The notes beneath the pieces were generated by a model that saw only the letters and a program-made list of their open reading frames with translations, made no database searches and was not told the origin of the DNA. Below, piece after piece: positions 30,087 to 39,684 of a stretch of 64,000 bases of DNA (position 1 is the stretch's first letter; every line of letters starts with the position of its first letter). Made by a program: the position numbers and the translations under genes. Origin of the DNA: Candidatus Sulfomarinibacteraceae bacterium. Lineage in GTDB: Bacteria > Acidobacteriota > Thermoanaerobaculia > Thermoanaerobaculales > Sulfomarinibacteraceae. The DNA is taken from NCBI GenBank assembly GCA_963796455.1, contig CAWCLO010000001.1, positions 1,216,001 through 1,280,000 of the forward strand, read 5' to 3'.

Positions 30087-30119
30087 GGCCGCCCTCAATC
30101 CTGAGGGCGGCCTTTTTTT
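30087..30119 (+). terminator. Intrinsic terminator after TolC gene
   Basis: GGCCGCCCTCA-ATCC-TGAGGGCGGCC followed by T7. Confidence 0.9.
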
Positions 30120-30134
30120 GATGCTGGATGCTGA

Positions 30135-30370
30135 AGCAACCTTGCCCAAGACAGAGTCTCGGATAGCGTGCAGGGACAGCTACGGCGAGCGGCAGACAGC
30201 GAGCAAGAGTCAGCGGCAGCGAGCAGCACTTACATTTTCAGGTTCAACAACCGCCATTTCATGGCACCTGATCGCCGCCCCTGAACACTGACCGCTGAAT
30301 ACTGATCACTGTTCTCCGTCGCTGTTTCCTGTCTCTGCTCGCTGTCGCCGGGGCTGCAATTCGGACGCGG
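30135..30370 (-). mobile_element. Four-helix-bundle element remnant (copy 4), internally deleted and truncated
   Basis: Right-end CCAAGACAGAGTCTCGGA retained; minus strand encodes only AMKWRLLNLKM* joined directly to upstream-arm sequence. Confidence 0.7.
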
Positions 30371-30535
30371 AGAAACCGCAGATCACGCAGATGAACTCAG
30401 ATAGAGACAACGCCTGGGTGTCACGGCGAATCGCGTAGGCGACCCAAATGGGTGTGTCCGAATTCCTCATTTACGGGGCAGACTGGCTTGCCGCGGCGTA
30501 GCTGCAAGCGAAGCCGGGTGATACCATCCATCGCC

Positions 30536-31840
30536 ATGGACTTCAAACTTGCCCGCCAGTTGTCAGGGACCTTGTGGTCGGCCGTGGTCATGGAACTCTT
30601 CGAGCGCCTCGCCTACTACGGCATGGTGATGGTGCTCGGGATCTACATCGTCGATCGTCTCGGCGTGCCGGCGGACACCTTTGGCCTCGTCTACGGTGTC
30701 TTTACGGCCACACTTTATTTTCTGCCGGTGCTGGCAGGGGCCCTGGCCGACCGATTCGGCTACAAACCAGCCCTGGCTGTCGCATTCGCCACCCTCACCA
30801 CCGGATATTTTCTGCTCGGCTCTTCAAAGGACTTCACAGTCATCTGTGCCGCACTGGGGCTGATCGCCATCGGTGGTTCGATCATCAAACCGACGATCTC
30901 GGGCACGGTGACACGGACCACCGAGGAGGGAAGCACCCGACCGGTTGGTTTCGGCCTCTATTACATGATGATCAACGCCGGTGGTCTGATCGGCCCGGTG
31001 GTGGCGGCCCAGGTGCGAAACCGTACCGAGTTCCACTATGTCTTCTGGGTTTCGGCGGCGGCCTGTGCGCTGATGTTGGCCCAGGCTCTCTTCGCATTCC
31101 GCGAACCGGTTCCGGCCGCCGAACGCGAGTCCGGCAAAACGCTCGGTGACATTTTCCGCGAAATCCTGATGGTGCTCGCGAACTGGCGATTCGTGTTGTT
31201 GCTGGTGATCTTCTCGGGCTTCTGGGGGATGATCAACGTCCTCTTTGGCTTCATGCCACTCTATGTCGAGAACTTCACCGATCTCTACGCCGCCGAGGCT
31301 GCGATCGATCGGATCATCCCCCTGACAAAAGTGGCTGGGCACTGGCTCAACCCAGAGGTCCTGATCTCTCTCGACGCCTTGCTGATCGTTCTGCTCCAGG
31401 CGCCGATCTCGTATCTGACGCGACGCTGGCCAACTCTCCGCGCGATGTTGGTGGGCACGACCATTGCGACTTTTTCGTGGGTCTTCCCGGCCCTGTCTCC
31501 GGCCGCGATCGTCGTCTCCCTCGGCATCCTGGTTTGGTCGATCGGCGAAATGGTCTGTTCTGCTCGGTTCTTCCAATATTGTGGAACAGTCGCTCCATCA
31601 GACCAGGTGGCGCTCTACCTCGGTTATTCCTTTTTCGCGATCTTCATCGGCAACTTCTATTCAGGCCCGTGGGCCGGGTGGCTCTACGAACGCTTTATCC
31701 GCCTGCCTCATGAGGCAGGTCTCGAGATTCACCCGTGGCCCTTCTTCGGTGGGGTCATGGCTATGGGTCTGTTTTCGGTCATCGGCCTCGCACTGTACGG
31801 CCGCTTCATCGGCCCGACCGAAAACGAGGATGAAGCGTGA
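30536..31840 (+). CDS. MFS transporter, POT/PTR-like
   Basis: ELFERLAYYG (ExxER motif), GALADRFG, IKP, YMMINAG. Confidence 0.85.
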   Translation: MDFKLARQLSGTLWSAVVMELFERLAYYGMVMVLGIYIVDRLGVPADTFGLVYGVFTATLYFLPVLAGALADRFGYKPALAVAFATLTTGYFLLGSSKDFTVICAALGLIAIGGSIIKPTISGTVTRTTEEGSTRPVGFGLYYMMINAGGLIGPVVAAQVRNRTEFHYVFWVSAAACALMLAQALFAFREPVPAAERESGKTLGDIFREILMVLANWRFVLLLVIFSGFWGMINVLFGFMPLYVENFTDLYAAEAAIDRIIPLTKVAGHWLNPEVLISLDALLIVLLQAPISYLTRRWPTLRAMLVGTTIATFSWVFPALSPAAIVVSLGILVWSIGEMVCSARFFQYCGTVAPSDQVALYLGYSFFAIFIGNFYSGPWAGWLYERFIRLPHEAGLEIHPWPFFGGVMAMGLFSVIGLALYGRFIGPTENEDEA

Positions 31841-32334
31841 TCGACTCGCTGGCGGCCCTGTTCAACGACCCAAGCGTACCGAGCTGGCACGTTGTGGTGA
31901 TCCATTTCCCGATTGCGCTGGTATGTCTCGCACCACTTTTCGATCTCGGGTGTCTCGTTTTTCGCAACCGGGTGTGGCTCGACCGGGCGGCAGCCGCCTT
32001 CTATCTGATGGGAACGGTCGGTGCGGCAGCCGCCTATCTCACCGGACAGAGAGCCGCCACTCGGGTCGGCGAGCTCACACCGGCCGCCGAGTCGGCCCTC
32101 GCCGACCACGAGGCACTGGCGGTCCTGACCTTGACCGCCCTCTCGGTGGTCGCTCTTTTTCGCTTCCTCGTGAGCTGGCTCGCTCGATACGACAAACGGA
32201 TCCACGTCGGGATTTTCCGACTGTCGGCACTGCCGCTCGCCCTGCTCGGCATCGCCCTCCTCGTTGCCACGGCCGACCGCGGCGGCAATCTGGTTTACCG
32301 GCATGGAGTCGGCGTGACGGTGGAGGCGGAGTAG
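31837..32334 (+). CDS. DUF2231-like membrane protein
   Basis: HVVVIHFPIAL and GGNLVYRHGVGV; 4 TM. Confidence 0.75.
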   Translation: MIDSLAALFNDPSVPSWHVVVIHFPIALVCLAPLFDLGCLVFRNRVWLDRAAAAFYLMGTVGAAAAYLTGQRAATRVGELTPAAESALADHEALAVLTLTALSVVALFRFLVSWLARYDKRIHVGIFRLSALPLALLGIALLVATADRGGNLVYRHGVGVTVEAE

Positions 32335-32336
32335 GC

Positions 32337-32500
32337 TCGGAAAGGGAGAAAGGGAGAAAGGGAGAAAGGGAGAAGGGGAGAAAGGGAGAAAGGGAGAACC
32401 GTACCGGAAGGTTTGTACATGATAAGGAACAGGTTTCCTCTGCTCCTCTGCTCCTCTGCTCCTCTGCTCCTCTGCTCCTCTGCTCCTCTGCTCCTCTGCT
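32337..32500. repeat. Partial composite repeat element (GGGAGAAA array, linker, TGCTCCTC array)
   Basis: CCGTACCGGAAG...TGATAAGG linker shared with 11282-11310. Confidence 0.88.
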
Positions 32501-32503
32501 CGA

Positions 32504-34135
32504 TCAGGCGCGGAGCGTCTCGTCCTCCAGGGCGGTCGCGACCCCATTCATCGTCTCGAGCTCACCGGCGGCGGTGCCCAGCAGATCCTCAAAGCGGATG
32601 GCGTCGCGGTAGGTGGTGATCTCCTCGTCGCTGTACCGGGAGCTCGCCTCCAGGAGGTGGAGACCGGTCACCGCCACATCCCGAGCCGCTGCACCGCCGT
32701 GAAGGCGTGCGCAATTCATGAGGAGCTCTTTCCGCGGGCCGGTGTCGCGCGCGGCCTTTTGCGCCAGGGCGACCGATGTTTCGACTTCGGTCGCGAGTCG
32801 AGCGAGTTCGAACATCGCCCACTGTTCACGAAGAAGTTTCTTGCCATGACAGGCAAGAAAGGTCTCGGCCAACGCATCGGCTGCCAAGGCTGCCGCTTCA
32901 CCCGTACCGAGCTCGCGCAGTGACGTTGCCATGTCGCGATAGAAGGAGCCCTTTGTTTTGACTGTCATCCGCCAGCGGTGGGTTCCGATGATGTTCTGCA
33001 GGATCTCCGATGTGCCTTCGTAGATAGTGGTGATGCGAACGTCGCGTCGGATCTTCTCGACCTCGAACTCGTGGGTGTAGCCGTAGCCGCCGTGGGCCTG
33101 AATCGACGCATCGGCCGCTGCATTGCCGACTTCGGTTGCAAAGAGCTTGGCCACCGCACCTTCCACCTGAAGGCCATGCTCGCCCGAGTCGAGCCGAACC
33201 GCCACCTCCTCGCAGTAGGCCCGTGCCGCCTCGAGGCGAACCGCGAAGGGCACGATGAGTTTGTGGGTGAAGCCCTGCTTGCGATAGAGGGGCTCACCAA
33301 ACTGAATGCGTTCGAGACCATAGACGATGGCCCTCTGCAGAGCCTCCTCGCCGGCGCCGAGGCCAAAGGCCGCAACCATCATTCGTGTGAATCCAAAGAC
33401 CTCGTTGGCCTGTTCCAGCCCCTTGCCTTCCTCGAGACCGAGCAACCGGTCTGCGGGCACCTCGACACCTTCAAGGATAATCGAGGTCGTATTCGAGGCG
33501 CGGATGCCGTGCTTGTGTTCGGCGGGGCCAACCGAAAAACCGGGAGTGTCGCGCTCGATGACAAAGAAGGACGGCCCTTTCGGAGTCTTGGCGAGCACGG
33601 TGTAGATCTGAGCCACGCCACCATTGGTGATGAATTGTTTGGTCCCGTCAATCGAGTAGGCCTTCACCTCACCGTCATCACCGACAATCGGGTTGGCAAC
33701 CGTCTTCAGATTGGCGACGTTCGAACCGGCCTCGGGCTCGGTGACGCCATAGGCGACGATCAGCCCCTCTTCACCGATCCTGCCGAGCCAGTGCTTCTTC
33801 TGCTCATCGGTGCCGCCAACGATGATCGGGTCGACACCAAGGGCGATCGCCAGAAAGGCGGTTGCCACCGCCAGATCGACCCGGGCCATCTCTTCCGAAA
33901 CGCGGAAAAGATCACGCCCGCCACCGCCAAGCCCACCGACCTCCTCAGGGAGGAAAAGCAGGTGCAATCCAAGCTCCGGTCCGAGCATCTCGTCGACCAG
34001 ATCGAGGGGAAACTCAGAATCTTCGTCGAGGTGGAGCCGGGTCTCCTGATTGAGCCGGCGATCGGTGACCGTTTTCAGCGTTTGCAGCACGAATCCGAGT
34101 GTTTCGTCATCCAATCCAGCACGGGTTCTGTCCAT
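32504..34135 (-). CDS. Acyl-CoA dehydrogenase
   Basis: TEPEAGS, GTKQFITNG, KHGIRAS, QAHGGYGY, RDVRITTIYEGTSEI. Confidence 0.93.
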   Translation of the reverse strand: MDRTRAGLDDETLGFVLQTLKTVTDRRLNQETRLHLDEDSEFPLDLVDEMLGPELGLHLLFLPEEVGGLGGGGRDLFRVSEEMARVDLAVATAFLAIALGVDPIIVGGTDEQKKHWLGRIGEEGLIVAYGVTEPEAGSNVANLKTVANPIVGDDGEVKAYSIDGTKQFITNGGVAQIYTVLAKTPKGPSFFVIERDTPGFSVGPAEHKHGIRASNTTSIILEGVEVPADRLLGLEEGKGLEQANEVFGFTRMMVAAFGLGAGEEALQRAIVYGLERIQFGEPLYRKQGFTHKLIVPFAVRLEAARAYCEEVAVRLDSGEHGLQVEGAVAKLFATEVGNAAADASIQAHGGYGYTHEFEVEKIRRDVRITTIYEGTSEILQNIIGTHRWRMTVKTKGSFYRDMATSLRELGTGEAAALAADALAETFLACHGKKLLREQWAMFELARLATEVETSVALAQKAARDTGPRKELLMNCARLHGGAAARDVAVTGLHLLEASSRYSDEEITTYRDAIRFEDLLGTAAGELETMNGVATALEDETLRA

Positions 34136-34189
34136 TTCGATCCACCTCCAAAGAGTCGGCATTATGGCACACCACACGCCCACCCAAAT

Positions 34190-34342
34190 GCTGGATGCTA
34201 GATGCTAGATGCGGCGAAATCTTCGATTGGTCCTGAAGCGTTGTCAGGGGCTCCACCGGAACCGATGATGATTTGCGCTCGATGGGACTTTTCAGGAAAA
34301 AGGTTCAATCGAGTATCGAGCATTGTGTCTCCAGCATCCAGT
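34190..34342. repeat. Module bracketed by inverted heptamer arrays (homologue of 17243-17402)
   Basis: ATGCGGCGAAATCTTCGATTGGTCC aligns with ATGCGGCAAGATCATCGATTGTCCC. Confidence 0.65.
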
Positions 34343-34545
34343 ATCACTGCTGTCCAAAACAGATTGTCATGATGTTACCCACCTGACAACACGTGGTTTA
34401 CGGGTTGGTTTTTGGCATTTCCGGTTCGCGGTTGGCACGTACCCGATCCCGATCCCGAATTGCAGCGGCAGCGACAGTGTCCGGCGGCAGCGACAGGGGA
34501 CAGCGAACAGGGACAGCGGTCGGTGTTCAGTGTTCAGCGGCAGCA

Positions 34546-34579
<34 letters not shown>

Positions 34580-34600
34580 TCAGGAGTACAGGCGGCGAAG

Positions 34601-34738
34601 TGGCCACCTCCGGGTCGTTCAAAGGAAGGGGTAACCGGTGGGCGGCCGATGTCAAGGACAGGCAGGGTGCAGGGCATCCTTGACATCGGCCACCACACCG
34701 GCTTGTGGGTAGGGGCATGAACGACCCGGAGGTGACCA
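34601..34738 (+). promoter_or_regulatory. Long nested hairpin leader occluding the RBS of the four-helix gene (equivalent ~16879-17016 on minus)
   Basis: 34601-34621 pairs with 34718-34738 (20/21, covers GGAGGTG); 34644-34658 pairs with 34677-34691 (15/15). Confidence 0.75.
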
Positions 34739-35091
34739 TGTCCTCAGCCGCCACGAACACCAACCTCGTTGCCCACTCGAAAGCCCTCGAAGCTGCAGGC
34801 ATCGCGATCAAACTCGTGATGAGGGTTCCGGCTCCTCTGAAGTCGATAGCCGATCAGGTGATCCGTTCAGCAAGTTCGGTCCCTGCGAATCTGGCAGAAG
34901 GGCACGGCCGAGTCGGTAGAGACCGGTCAAACCACTGGAGAATCGCCTACGCCTCGGCGAAAGAGGTCGACAGCCACTTGAAGCTCCTCGCCCATGCCGG
35001 GGCAATCAGCCCGAACAGAGCCAGTGAAGCGATGAAGGCCTTTGATCAGGTGCGTGCAATGACTTGGAGATTGCTCAACCCGAAGTCTTGA
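34738..35091 (+). CDS. Four helix bundle protein (23S rRNA IVP / Avd-like family)
   Basis: SASSVPANLAEGHGR motif; paralog of 16526-16879. Confidence 0.88.
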   Translation: MSSAATNTNLVAHSKALEAAGIAIKLVMRVPAPLKSIADQVIRSASSVPANLAEGHGRVGRDRSNHWRIAYASAKEVDSHLKLLAHAGAISPNRASEAMKAFDQVRAMTWRLLNPKS

Positions 35092-35282
35092 TTTCAGGGC
35101 CCCATGCCAGTCAAACGTGACGCTGACTCCTGTTCGCTGACGCTGAACACTGATTGCTGTTCCCTGTCCCTGACGCTGATCGCTGTCGCCGTCCCTGAAC
35201 GCTATCCGAGACTCTGTCTTGGACAAGAGTGATCCTGCATCCGGATGGTGGGCGTTACAATAGGCGCTCGCAGGAGAAATAC

Positions 35283-36125
35283 ATGAAACTGGAAACCACC
35301 ATCGAGATCGAAGGAGTCGAAATCCACCTGGCGCGACCGGTCCGGGAGATCCCCGATTGGATCGGTCAACGTGAGGTGCTGCTGCAGCTGCTGGCCGCCT
35401 GGTCGCTCTTTTCAGAAACCGACGCACCCCTCAACCCACGCCTCCTCGGCAAACCCGGGGTCGGAAAGACCACCCTCGCCTGCGCAGCCGCCCGCGAACT
35501 CGAACGCGAGATCTACATCGTCCAGGCGACCACCGACACCCGTCCCGAAGACCTCCTCGTGACCCCGGTTCTGGCGCCGTCCGGCGGTGTGCGCTACATG
35601 GCATCCCCGCTCGTCACGGCGATGATCCGGGGTGGCGTCTGCATCCTCGACGAGGGCAACCGGATGAGCGAGAAATCGTGGGCCTCCCTGGCTCCACTCC
35701 TCGATCACCGACGGAGCATCGACAGCGTGGTGGCCGGAATCACGGTCAACGCCGACGAGGGTTTTCGCTTCGCCACCACCATGAACGAGGACGCCTCCAC
35801 CTACGAAGTGCCCGAATACATTCATTCACGTCTGATGCCTCAGATCACCATAGACTTTCCGGAGGAAGACGAGGAGCGGGAGATTCTCCGTACCCAGGTC
35901 GCCGGAGTCGAGGACGAGGTATTGAATTATGTACTCGGTTTTTTGCGCGCCGCCCACCTGGCCGACCTCCGCTATTCCGTCCGAGACGGCATCAACATCG
36001 CACGCTATGCGATGAAGTTGCTGGCCCGCCGTGAGGCCGAGGATCCCCGTCGCGCGGTCGACACCGCCCTGCGTTTGGCAATCGGAGAGGAAGAGGCCGA
36101 AACCTTTCGGTTTGCGACCGACTGA
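35283..36125 (+). CDS. MoxR-type AAA+ ATPase
   Basis: GKPGVGKT, SPLVTAMIRGGVCILDEGNR, TMN, SRL. Confidence 0.88.
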   Translation: MKLETTIEIEGVEIHLARPVREIPDWIGQREVLLQLLAAWSLFSETDAPLNPRLLGKPGVGKTTLACAAARELEREIYIVQATTDTRPEDLLVTPVLAPSGGVRYMASPLVTAMIRGGVCILDEGNRMSEKSWASLAPLLDHRRSIDSVVAGITVNADEGFRFATTMNEDASTYEVPEYIHSRLMPQITIDFPEEDEEREILRTQVAGVEDEVLNYVLGFLRAAHLADLRYSVRDGINIARYAMKLLARREAEDPRRAVDTALRLAIGEEEAETFRFATD

Positions 36126-36127
36126 AT

Positions 36128-36237
36128 GATTTCGGATTTCGGATTTCGGATTTCGAATTTGAGCATTCTCCTAACAAAAAGGTTGCTCGGCTCAGCCGAT
36201 CTGAAAATCCGGAATTCGAAATTCGAAATTCGAAATC
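36128..36237. repeat. Inverted heptamer arrays (GATTTCG)n...(CGAAATT)n
   Basis: Arms are reverse-complementary, intergenic. Confidence 0.85.
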
Positions 36238-36244
36238 GGCTGCC

Positions 36245-38233
36245 ATGACATTCGATACCGAAATGATCGCCCCCGTAGCCATCCCCGGCATTCGCATCCT
36301 GCCAATACTGCACGAGCGGGTCGACCTGGCCACAGTCGTCCGTCGCGCGCTCGAGGATCTGCAGCCCGCTGCGGTCGCTGTCGAGCTGCCGACGACCCTC
36401 GCCGCAGTTTCCGCCAAGGCGGTCGATCGTCTACCGCTGATCTCGGTGGTGGTGTCCGAAGAGCCCGGCGAAGATGCGTTGGTCTGGGTCGTGACTCCGG
36501 GCGACCCGTTGGTCGAGGCCATGCGATGGGCCGCAGAAAACAAGCGCGAGGTAGTCCTGGTCGATCCCGACGTCCGCTACCACCACCAGCGGCGCGACCT
36601 GCTCCCCGACCCCCACACGATCCACACGCTGGGGCCGGCAGGTTTTATCGACCTCATCCGACGTCTCGCCGATGATGCGCCCTCCGATGATCGAGACGCC
36701 CTTCGCGAGCGGGGCATGGCCCACAATCTCCAGATGGCCGCAGATCGGATCGACGGATCGATTGTGTGCCTGGTCGGGGCGGCGCACGCCCTGCGTCTGA
36801 CGACACTCCTCCAGGGCCCGACCGCCCCTGCCCTCGCCAGAAGCCGGCGGAGCAATGTTCTGCTCCGCCATCTGCACCCGGAGAGCATGACCGCCGTGCT
36901 CCCCGACCCACCGCTCGTACACGCTGTGTTCGAACACCTTCGTGGTGCCGAGATCCCGCCGGAGCCGGATTTCTCCGCCACCGTTTCTCCGCGGCTCGAG
37001 ATTGAACACGGGGCCTTGACCTTGATCACCGGCGGCCGCGGGGATGATCGCCTCGGTCGCGAGTTCTCGTTGGCCGCCTGGGCCGCACATCACGGCAGCC
37101 GTCTCCTCGACGACGGGACCAGGGTGCCGGACCGCGAAGCGGTCGGGCGGGTTGTGTGGCGCGTGGGATCAGCCTCATATGCCGAGCAGACGCGAACCAG
37201 CGTCAGCCGCTGGCAGCGCCGCCTCTTTTTCGATTTTGTCCGCCGATACACCCGGATTCGCGGTCAGCTGGCCCCCGGTCTCTATGAATGGGTGGTCGGT
37301 GCCCGCGGCATCGCCGATGACAATCTGGCCTGGGAGGTCTTCGATGTCGCCCGCTGCTACCCGTGGCAGCAGCAGGAGGCTGAGATCCAGACCGCACGAA
37401 TCGACGGTGAATTTCTCAACCTCGGCACCCGAAGCGTGCGCTTTCGCCGCCGATTCTTTCGGGTCAAACAGAAACCGCTGGCGGTCCCTGTGCGCAGTCG
37501 ACCCTCACCGGATGAGCCTGGAGAGTGGTTGCAGGCATTTTCGGGCGAGAGCATTTGCTCCTACCCTCCCGAAGACATCGTGATCGAGGATTGGGGACGC
37601 CACGTCAAACAGCGAGCGGTCTCCATCGTGAGCGCCGAACACGCCAGCTCGGAGCCTTTTACCACCAGCATCCTCGATGGCATCGACATCCGGGAGACCC
37701 TGCTCCGCCGCCATGAAGGCAGAATCTGGGTCCGCCAGCGCGGCCGCGACCAGGGAGCCGCCGGTTCGGTGGTGATGATCTTCGATCAGGACCCGGACGG
37801 CACCCGATATCCCTATCTGATGAGCTGGCTCGGTGAGCACGAGCAGGAGTCGGACATGGCACTATATGCCACCGATCCCATGCAGCAGGTCGTCGGTCCC
37901 GGCATCATGCGCGCCACCTATGGGGGCTTCATGCTCACCTATCCGCCGGGCCGACTGTATGACGTGTGGAGGGACCCCGACTACGGGATGGCGCGGGCCA
38001 AGTCCGAGGTGCTGGTGATGGCGGCGGTGGACTACAGCACCGACAAGCTGGTGGTGCACGTCGCACCCCACGCACCGCCGTCAGGTCTCCGCGAATACGC
38101 CTCCCGTCAGGGCAAACGAATCGTCCACGTTCCGCTCGGCAGCCTCTCACCGACAAGCCTGCGCACCGTGCGTGTGGTGCACATTCTGGCCGGGCGCGAT
38201 AAACGGGAAATTGCCAAAGACTACGTCTGGTAA
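36245..38233 (+). CDS. Hypothetical protein downstream of MoxR ATPase (N-terminus TraB/GumN-like)
   Basis: PAAVAVELP, D.LRERGMA..L and LVGAAH motifs; 662 aa. Confidence 0.7.
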   Translation: MTFDTEMIAPVAIPGIRILPILHERVDLATVVRRALEDLQPAAVAVELPTTLAAVSAKAVDRLPLISVVVSEEPGEDALVWVVTPGDPLVEAMRWAAENKREVVLVDPDVRYHHQRRDLLPDPHTIHTLGPAGFIDLIRRLADDAPSDDRDALRERGMAHNLQMAADRIDGSIVCLVGAAHALRLTTLLQGPTAPALARSRRSNVLLRHLHPESMTAVLPDPPLVHAVFEHLRGAEIPPEPDFSATVSPRLEIEHGALTLITGGRGDDRLGREFSLAAWAAHHGSRLLDDGTRVPDREAVGRVVWRVGSASYAEQTRTSVSRWQRRLFFDFVRRYTRIRGQLAPGLYEWVVGARGIADDNLAWEVFDVARCYPWQQQEAEIQTARIDGEFLNLGTRSVRFRRRFFRVKQKPLAVPVRSRPSPDEPGEWLQAFSGESICSYPPEDIVIEDWGRHVKQRAVSIVSAEHASSEPFTTSILDGIDIRETLLRRHEGRIWVRQRGRDQGAAGSVVMIFDQDPDGTRYPYLMSWLGEHEQESDMALYATDPMQQVVGPGIMRATYGGFMLTYPPGRLYDVWRDPDYGMARAKSEVLVMAAVDYSTDKLVVHVAPHAPPSGLREYASRQGKRIVHVPLGSLSPTSLRTVRVVHILAGRDKREIAKDYVW

Positions 38234-38259
38234 GCGGACGGATCTCGATTGCCGAAAAT

Positions 38260-39498
38260 TCAGAGTGCCAGGCGGCGAACGCCCGGATAGCCGTCAAACG
38301 CGGGTTCGTCATCAAGAACTTCGCCGCCCATCATGCGATCCGCAACGCCGCGATAAGCCTCGCCACGGGGTCCCTCGGCCATTTCCGCCGCCTTGAGTTC
38401 GAGGGCCACAGCTTCGTCGACCTGACCAGTGATGTAGAGCAGTCGTGCGAGAGTATCGGTGATATCGGCATCCGGTTGCACCGCGTAGGCTTCACGGGCG
38501 ATCGACAGAGCGGTCTCCATGTCTTCTTTGGCAAGATAAAGCCGCCAAGCAACCACATTAAGGGTATTGGCTTCGGCCTTTTCGCCCTCCGACCGGTACC
38601 ACCGGGAGTAGATCTCAGCCGCGAGTTCGTAGTGCCCATTTCGATAGGCGAAGTCCGCGATCCGAAACAACTCTTGGGGTGATGTGGATTCCAGTTTCGG
38701 TATTTCCAGAATAGCCGCTGCATCCTCATACCTCGCGTCACGGAGCAGCGCAGCCTGTTCGTCGGCTGTCATCGTTGACAACTCATCCCGAAGAAGAGCG
38801 TGGAGCGTTGCCGTGCCCACCGTGTCGGGCACCGCAAAACCGCGGTTCCAGCCACCCAGATAGAGTTTGGCGGCGCGTTCGAAAACCCGGGCGTGGAGTT
38901 CAGACCGGGCGGCGAACATGAGTTGCCGGCACAAGGTGTCCTCGCTCCCCCCGGTGGCCTCATGAAAGGCCTCGATTCGGCTGATCGCGCCCTCGGGATC
39001 CGATCGCTCGAGCAGACCCAGGACCGATCGTTCGATGGCTTCGACACTGCCCGGATCTTCTTCGAGCTGGCGAAGACACGCGAGGAAGGTGTCACCGACC
39101 TGAACACGTTCGACCCGCCGCATGAATTTTTCCGGAGGCAGATACCCGATCACCCGGTCCAGTTCGTAGCCCGTCGAATCGAGAAAAACCATCGTCGGGT
39201 AGCTGTCGACTTCGAAAAGGGCTGCCAGCTCTGCGCCTTCCTTTTCGGCGTCGACCCGCATGGCCACCAAAGTGTTCAGATGACGACGAACATCGGAATC
39301 TGAAAAGGTCTCATCGTTGAGGCGACGGCACCAGCTGCACCAATCGGTGTGGAACTCAACCATGATCATGGAATCACGAGACTCTGCCTCGGCTTTGGCG
39401 GCAGCAAGATCGCCATCGAACCACCGCACCGGTTCGGTCTGCTGGCAGGCACTCGCCGCCAGGGTGACCGCAGCCATCAGCGCATATGCTCGTTTCAT
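38260..39498 (-). CDS. Thioredoxin-family lipoprotein with TPR-like C-terminus
   Basis: Lipobox-like AASAC, WCSWC, cis-Pro-like YPT, helical repeats. Confidence 0.8.
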   Translation of the reverse strand: MKRAYALMAAVTLAASACQQTEPVRWFDGDLAAAKAEAESRDSMIMVEFHTDWCSWCRRLNDETFSDSDVRRHLNTLVAMRVDAEKEGAELAALFEVDSYPTMVFLDSTGYELDRVIGYLPPEKFMRRVERVQVGDTFLACLRQLEEDPGSVEAIERSVLGLLERSDPEGAISRIEAFHEATGGSEDTLCRQLMFAARSELHARVFERAAKLYLGGWNRGFAVPDTVGTATLHALLRDELSTMTADEQAALLRDARYEDAAAILEIPKLESTSPQELFRIADFAYRNGHYELAAEIYSRWYRSEGEKAEANTLNVVAWRLYLAKEDMETALSIAREAYAVQPDADITDTLARLLYITGQVDEAVALELKAAEMAEGPRGEAYRGVADRMMGGEVLDDEPAFDGYPGVRRLAL

Positions 39499-39684
39499 CC
39501 ATTCCTCCGCCGGCGTACGGTGTTCCGTTCGCCCTCTGTACTCTTATTTTGCCGGAAGTGCGCTCCCAGTTGCACGGCATTTTTTGCCGAATCGAGCCGA
39601 TCGATAATTCACAACCTCAAGCTACGCAGCACGCAGGAGATGGTTGCACCGGGAATAACAAGGCAACACCGCAGAAATTCCGCT

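Noticed and set aside
34432..34450. Sigma54 promoter at TTGGCACG
   Set aside because: No TTGC -12 box at the required spacing; absent from copy 1
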